This document shows, piece by piece, positions 59,077-64,000 of a DNA stretch of 64,000 bases. The stretch's first letter is position 1; the number at the start of each line of letters is the position of its first letter. The notes under the pieces are model-generated. The model ran no database searches. It had not been told where the DNA came from and saw nothing but the letters and a program-made list of their open reading frames with translations. Origin of the DNA: Candidatus Poribacteria bacterium (GTDB lineage: Bacteria > Poribacteria > WGA-4E > PCPOR2b). The stretch spans positions 4,544,001 through 4,608,000 of the forward strand of contig OZ244042.1 in assembly GCA_965215015.1 (NCBI GenBank), in the 5' to 3' direction. A program made the position numbers and the translations under genes.

Positions 59077-61116
59077 CTAATTTACATTTGTGATCAGCAG
59101 CGGTTCCATTCCTAGCTCTACTACCTGGTTGATAAGCCCTGCGGCCTCCTCCCGGTTGTAAAACCCGCCGATTGTTACACGATACCACAACCTCGATCGA
59201 ATCATCACTTCAGTGAGGTAAGTTTTCGCGCCCAACTCCAACATGTCTAATGACTCAATAAGCGACTCGGCATTCCTGCGATTTTGGAATGAGCCGACCA
59301 ATAGGGTGTATTTTGGCGGTGTGCCGGTGGCATCGGCTGCTTCCTGCTTTTCCTCACTTGGTGTTGTGCCAACCTCCCTTTGCCCGTGGTCTATATCCGC
59401 TCCATCAATCCTGATGATTGAAAACGATGCTTCACCGGTGCTGCGATTGCCAGCGATATCATGAACCGTCAGCACACAGCGGTATGCTGCGTTTGGGGTG
59501 TCATCCGATTGTTTCCAATTATTCCAGACAACGGTGTCGGACGGTTCACCCTCTTCATCAATACGATGAACCAGTTTTTGATCTCCATCGAAAAACTGCA
59601 GCTCCCACCGGGCAAGCGGATTCAGATCTGACGCTTGAAGATGCACCTTTGGCATTTGGAGAACCGTCTCCCTGTCGGTATCCGCGGTGTTGGAAGATGC
59701 AAAAACAGGAGGCTCCGCAGATATCTCAATCGAGGCGGGAGTTGTATCAACAGTAATTCTCTCTTCACTCTGCAATTGACGGTTGTTCGCCCCATCGACG
59801 GTGAACAACCGTGTGATATATACTCCATCGTTCACCCGGGAGCCTGCATCATCCTCTCCTTCCCAGGTTATCTTCGTCGATGGCAAACCGGTGCCAGAGT
59901 AACGTTGGAGAATCTGGCTTGATTCGCTTTGACCGGTCCGCTTCTGAATCTCTAGTTCCCACGTTTGGGTCTCGGCAATCTCAAGGTCCAAAACGGTCTG
60001 ATCCTTCACGTTGTCACCGTTGGGAGAGATTGCTTTTTCTGAAACATGCAGCACAGTGGGAATCAGTTGGGGCATGACAATCGGTGCCGGCCGAGTTGGT
60101 GCAGAGGGTGGCGCTTTAGTAATTGGCGGTTGCAACACCGTTGGCAAAGCAGTATTGTTTTCTCCCCAGCGTAGGGTAGCAGAGATCCAGTGCATCGCTC
60201 CATCCAATTCATTACCTCTTACATAGGCGTAATCTAGCTGGCCGGAGAGGCTCTGAATACTTAAACCTGTTGACCATTCACCCTTTGTGAGTCGATTGGG
60301 AACTGCTGTGTATCCGAGCCGCAGCCCCAATCCTTTCTTGAATAGCCAGCGTTCGACACCTAGATGGGTGCGTAGTCGTTCTATAAAGGCAATACGTGTG
60401 TCGTTGTGCAGGACAAAATCCCCAGATAAGGTTGTATTCCGATTGAAAGAGTGAGCTGCTCCAAGTCGTGTTACAGTGGGTATTCTCGCGATGGTTTGGG
60501 CGTTCTCCCAGATATGTCCAGCGAGGTCTTCAAGAGCCAATCCGATCGTGATTTTTTCTCCAGGACGTTCCAGCTCACGAACAAAGCGAAGCCCGAGGTC
60601 GAAGCTCCAAGCGTACCGAGGCGTAACGGAACCTCTGTGACGGTAGTGCCGAAGGTTTGTACCGGCAGCGATGCCTTTCCCCAAGGAAGCCCCATATCCC
60701 ACAAGCACCATTCGATTCTTTTCGACATCATTCCCCCAGCCATCAAACCAAGAGGAGAGTGAGAAATTCCCTACATTCGTTGAAGCGATTCCCAGCTGCT
60801 GCGGATTTAACCCCAGCGAAAACGCCCCTTCTCGATCATCGGCTGATGTGGGGAAAGGGAGTCCAACGAGCGAAAATTCTGTTGCCTCCAACAATCCGAG
60901 CGATGAGGGATTCCAGAATGGACTGTCACTTGATGCGGGCCCCGCTGTGAACGCACCTCCCATCCCTATGGCGCGGGCACTTGTCCCGACGAAGACCTGT
61001 CGATTCTTGATGCCCGATTCTGCCCCGGCAAGCGATAAACTGAAAAGGATAAGAGCAAGTGTACTCAACACCGTGCTAATGAGATTTCTCTGGATTTTCA
61101 TGCCATGGCACTCCAT
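59077..61116 (-). CDS. outer-membrane beta-barrel (PorV/UPF0164-like) plus FlgD-Ig-like domains plus SPOR domain protein
   Basis: Signal peptide, SARAIGMGGAF...FWNPS, LDYAY, ISPNGD...WEG.D...DGVY, C-terminal VGSF...NA...YRVTIGGF; start may be 61101. Confidence 0.75.
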   Translation of the reverse strand: MECHGMKIQRNLISTVLSTLALILFSLSLAGAESGIKNRQVFVGTSARAIGMGGAFTAGPASSDSPFWNPSSLGLLEATEFSLVGLPFPTSADDREGAFSLGLNPQQLGIASTNVGNFSLSSWFDGWGNDVEKNRMVLVGYGASLGKGIAAGTNLRHYRHRGSVTPRYAWSFDLGLRFVRELERPGEKITIGLALEDLAGHIWENAQTIARIPTVTRLGAAHSFNRNTTLSGDFVLHNDTRIAFIERLRTHLGVERWLFKKGLGLRLGYTAVPNRLTKGEWSTGLSIQSLSGQLDYAYVRGNELDGAMHWISATLRWGENNTALPTVLQPPITKAPPSAPTRPAPIVMPQLIPTVLHVSEKAISPNGDNVKDQTVLDLEIAETQTWELEIQKRTGQSESSQILQRYSGTGLPSTKITWEGEDDAGSRVNDGVYITRLFTVDGANNRQLQSEERITVDTTPASIEISAEPPVFASSNTADTDRETVLQMPKVHLQASDLNPLARWELQFFDGDQKLVHRIDEEGEPSDTVVWNNWKQSDDTPNAAYRCVLTVHDIAGNRSTGEASFSIIRIDGADIDHGQREVGTTPSEEKQEAADATGTPPKYTLLVGSFQNRRNAESLIESLDMLELGAKTYLTEVMIRSRLWYRVTIGGFYNREEAAGLINQVVELGMEPLLITNVN

Positions 61117-61173
61117 TTGTTTAACGTTCTGATAACCGGTTGCCTGTCAACTGTATTTTTATCTATCGGCTAT

Positions 61174-61332
61174 GGCTCATGTTAAGAAATCGTGCAACAG
61201 AACCCGAGTTTTTTCGGAAAAACTCGAGGTCAAATACCAATCGTGTTGTACTATAGTGTTTGGTGAATTGAGCCAAGACTATTGAGCTCTGTTCTGGTTA
61301 TCTTTGCCTTGCACTTTCTTTTTTTAGGAGTC
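61174..61332. mobile_element. MITE (GGYTCATGTTAAGAAA family), copy 4
   Basis: GGCTCATGTTAAGAAATCGTGCAACAG..., interior similar to 40443-40598, degenerate right end. Confidence 0.68.
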
Positions 61333-61483
61333 TCGGCTATAATTACAATTTCATAAAACGCCTATTTCTCAACAATCGATACAGAAAACAGTATGTCGGC
61401 AGACATCAAATTCCAAATTGATGAGCGGTTTGCTTCCATGTTGCATCGTTACTGTTGGATAGAATAGGTTCCGTTCCTGCCAT

Positions 61484-61531
61484 AAAAAAAACGAGGGGCT
61501 GCCGAGTGTATTATACTTAGCAAGCCCCTCG
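61484..61531 (-). terminator. intrinsic terminator after the alanine/glycine symporter
   Basis: Stem CGAGGGGCT / AGCCCCTCG followed by 8 T on the minus strand. Confidence 0.65.
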
Positions 61532-61596
61532 CTTTTGAGGTGGGGTTCATCAATTGTCGCGATTTAAACCATGTCCGTTCAATCCGCTGGTGACTA

Positions 61597-62994
61597 CTAT
61601 GATTTGATTATATCCTTGTATTGGTCAAAATATGTTCGTGTTGCCTGCATTACTTTCGGTGCTAGCCGAAGTGTGGAAACCATCGTTGGAATTGCCATGA
61701 GAGCGAAAGAACCGTCAATGAGGCTGACTGCGGCGTCCAAAGAGATTACAGCAGCCACCACCATCATTGCTACATAGAAGTAATTGTAGATATGCTGGCG
61801 TTCAGCACCGATTAAGAATCCCATACATTTCGCGCCGTAGTAGGAGTAGGCAAACATGGTGCTGGTGCTGAAACAGAGGACGCAGAGGGTGAGCAGATAA
61901 GGTCCGATGCCGGGCATGGCTTTGCCGAAAGCCATCACTGTAAGGGTAATGCCGATTGCGGTGCTATCGGCTTCGCTGTTGATCTCGGGGCTCTGCCATA
62001 CCCCTGATGTGAGGATAATGAGTGCTGTGATGGTGCAGACAATAAGTGTGTCGATCGCAGGACCAAGCATGGCGATAAGTCCTTCTCGGACCGGCTCGGT
62101 GGTTTTAGCGGCACCGTGAGCCAACGCTGCGGTGCCAATCCCCGCCTCGTTGGAATAAGCCGCCCGGCGTATACCGGTCATGATAACGGCACCAATCGCT
62201 CCACCAGCGACAGCCTTTCCGGAAAAAGCATCTGTAATAATCAACCAGAGGCATTTCGGTATATTGGCGTAATTAACAGCAAGAATCCACACAGCGGCTG
62301 CCATATAGAGAATCAACATCCCCGGCACCAGCTTTGAAGCGATTGTCCCAATCCGTAGGATACCACCAAATATAATGAGCGCGACCAGTCCAGAGATGAT
62401 GATGCCAGCTATCAAATTAAAGGTAAAGTGCGACTCACCGATCCAACCGTTTGGAATAAAGATAACATCCCGCAGAATCTGGACGAGTTGGTTCACCTGG
62501 AACGCAGGCAAGGCACCTATCAGCGCAGCGACACAGAAGAAAACCCCTAGAGGTCTCCAATTTTTCCCGAGGCCCTCTACGATTGCATACATGGGTCCGC
62601 CCTGCGTTGTGCCCCGACTGTCTGTCCCTCGGTACATGACAGCGAGGGTACAGGTAAAGAACTTCGTTGCCATCCCCACAACGGCACTGAGCCACATCCA
62701 GAAGATGGCACCCGGTCCACCCGTCGTGACAGCGACCGCCACACCGGCTATATTTCCTACCCCAATCGTTGCTGCAAGAGCACTAGATAGTGCCGCAAAG
62801 TGTGAAATATCCCCAGGGTCGTTGGGATCGTCATATTTGCCACGCAATATGTTAATGGCATGCCTAATAAATCGAAAAGGCAAAAACTGGGAATAGCAGA
62901 GAAAAAAGGCACCGCCTCCTACGAGTAAGACTAGTAGCCAAGGGCCCCAAGCAACATCAGCAAAGGCAATTATGATGTTCTCTATCTGTTGCAT
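61597..62994 (-). CDS. alanine/glycine:cation symporter (AGCS) family protein
   Basis: ATIGVGNIAGVA, GGPGAIFWMW, GGPMY, SNEAGIG, IDTLIVCT. Confidence 0.95.
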   Translation of the reverse strand: MQQIENIIIAFADVAWGPWLLVLLVGGGAFFLCYSQFLPFRFIRHAINILRGKYDDPNDPGDISHFAALSSALAATIGVGNIAGVAVAVTTGGPGAIFWMWLSAVVGMATKFFTCTLAVMYRGTDSRGTTQGGPMYAIVEGLGKNWRPLGVFFCVAALIGALPAFQVNQLVQILRDVIFIPNGWIGESHFTFNLIAGIIISGLVALIIFGGILRIGTIASKLVPGMLILYMAAAVWILAVNYANIPKCLWLIITDAFSGKAVAGGAIGAVIMTGIRRAAYSNEAGIGTAALAHGAAKTTEPVREGLIAMLGPAIDTLIVCTITALIILTSGVWQSPEINSEADSTAIGITLTVMAFGKAMPGIGPYLLTLCVLCFSTSTMFAYSYYGAKCMGFLIGAERQHIYNYFYVAMMVVAAVISLDAAVSLIDGSFALMAIPTMVSTLRLAPKVMQATRTYFDQYKDIIKS

Positions 62995-63100
62995 ACTGTA
63001 AATCCTTTCTTATGTTGGGTTGCGTTTCTTACTGACAGTAAAGTCGGGATTAATTTTTAACATCTGTTTTCCGCTGCATTTCCCACATCTGAATATTAAG

Positions 63101-63278
63101 TTAGGAGTTACGCACTTGAGTTTGTCGTCGCGCGTTCATTGAGCGTCTTTAAGGGAGTAGGCATACGCCGTATGTCGTACCCCCTTCCCTCCGCAAGCAG
63201 GGGGAGACAGGCTCATTGAACCGATTTCCCCCGCGCCTGCGGGAGGACTGAGGGGGTTCTTGGGGGCTGAGGGGGCAA
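63101..63278. repeat. composite repeat (TAGGAGTTACGC end, REP-like palindrome, CCGCAAGCAGGGG units)
   Basis: Units shared with 309-320, 2544, 7763 and 46591. Confidence 0.65.
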
Positions 63279-63345
63279 AACGTTTGACATTCATTTTGGA
63301 TCTTCCTTAGTTGAATTAACTCCAGAAAAATTCCCTAGAATTGGC

Positions 63346-63373
63346 TTGACAATTCCCATAGCAATGTTACAAT
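63346..63373 (+). promoter_or_regulatory. near-consensus sigma70 promoter with extended -10
   Basis: TTGACA-N16-TACAAT, with TG-N preceding the -10. Confidence 0.6.
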
Positions 63374-63758
63374 ACGTCTGTTGTAGTCGTTGAATCTAAT
63401 TTCGCTAACCGTCAACAACAATATCGAGGAAGTGTTTCTGGTTTCTGAACCTACGATTTCCCTCAGTTAACTTTGCAATAAGTTGGTCCTTAGAGTCCAT
63501 TACAAAAAAACTTTAGGTCTAAAGCCCAAACATTTATGTTTAGGATACAGAACGGCCTGTTAGGCAAAATCTAACAGGCACCCCGCTCTAGCATTGATTT
63601 TTCTTGTTTTCAAAAATGTTTTGATGTATAATTGACCTATAGCTATACTTCCTGCTGAAAATGTCATCAAGGTAAAAACCGATACGATTTTCCCATACTG
63701 CGACAGCAGTATATTCTAAGAAATGTAACTATCCGAAGTGGCCTCGATAGATTGGGAC

Positions 63759-63894
63759 CAATGGGCAGGGCGTTGTCCATTGCAGTAGCATAAGTAAGAT
63801 GGGTTTCGGCCCGCTATCTGTGTTGATAGCATAATTCGACTCCTACAAGGAACAGGTAGGAATCCCAGTCCTTTTAGGTTTGGGAGCACGTCAA
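63759..63894 (+). mobile_element. IS200/IS605-type right end with upstream multi-hairpin segment (omegaRNA-like remnant)
   Basis: GGAATCCCAGTCCTTTTAGGTTTGGGAGCACGTCAA resembles IS605/IS1341 right ends; four further hairpins immediately upstream; no tnpA/tnpB ORF. Confidence 0.55.
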
Positions 63895-64000
63895 AGTCCT
63901 CCTGTATAACAGGAGATGTTCGAGTTGGCAACTGCTGTGAGTTGAACATTGAGCGTGAAGAGGATTTTCACATCTTCACGCTTCTTTTACGGCGTTTTTC

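Noticed and set aside
63716-63949. 77-aa minus-strand ORF
   Set aside because: No motif; antisense to the hairpin-rich IS-end-like element.
1-64000. CRISPR array, tRNA or rRNA
   Set aside because: No regularly spaced repeat-spacer series and no recognisable tRNA/rRNA sequence; repeats are dispersed palindromic mosaics.

Overview
Bacterial chromosomal window, densely coding (about 45 CDS), with no rRNA, tRNA or CRISPR array detected. It mixes housekeeping genes (dut-thyA-folA, topA, ftsE, mtnP, def, trpB) with a large catabolic repertoire: four PhyH dioxygenases, three Gfo/Idh/MocA, two enolase-superfamily enzymes, BNR, GMC, CocE and several transporters. That content and the repeat-rich intergenic DNA suggest a Poribacteria-like lineage (inference only). 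Main signals: (1) an exported AhpC/thioredoxin-fold selenoprotein split by the ORF track at an in-frame UGA (U-P-H-C plus SECIS-like hairpin, 23130-23993); (2) a defence hotspot at 43.4-54.9 kb with Type III RM, XRE-ImmA/IrrE plus a frameshifted DUF4411, an SDH-type protease with a small partner, and a DUF3696 ATPase, where two different cargo cassettes sit in tandem, each between a copy of a Gfo gene 3' end (69-bp direct repeat) and a copy of the mod 5' end; (3) an M.EcoRV-like methyltransferase with only a remnant of its upstream partner; (4) arsS divergent from an MTA phosphorylase and followed by an MBL hydrolase; (5) a multi-hairpin non-coding element ending in an IS200/IS605-type right end; (6) several MITE/REP-like repeat families. 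All family assignments come from motif recognition by eye; no database searches were run.
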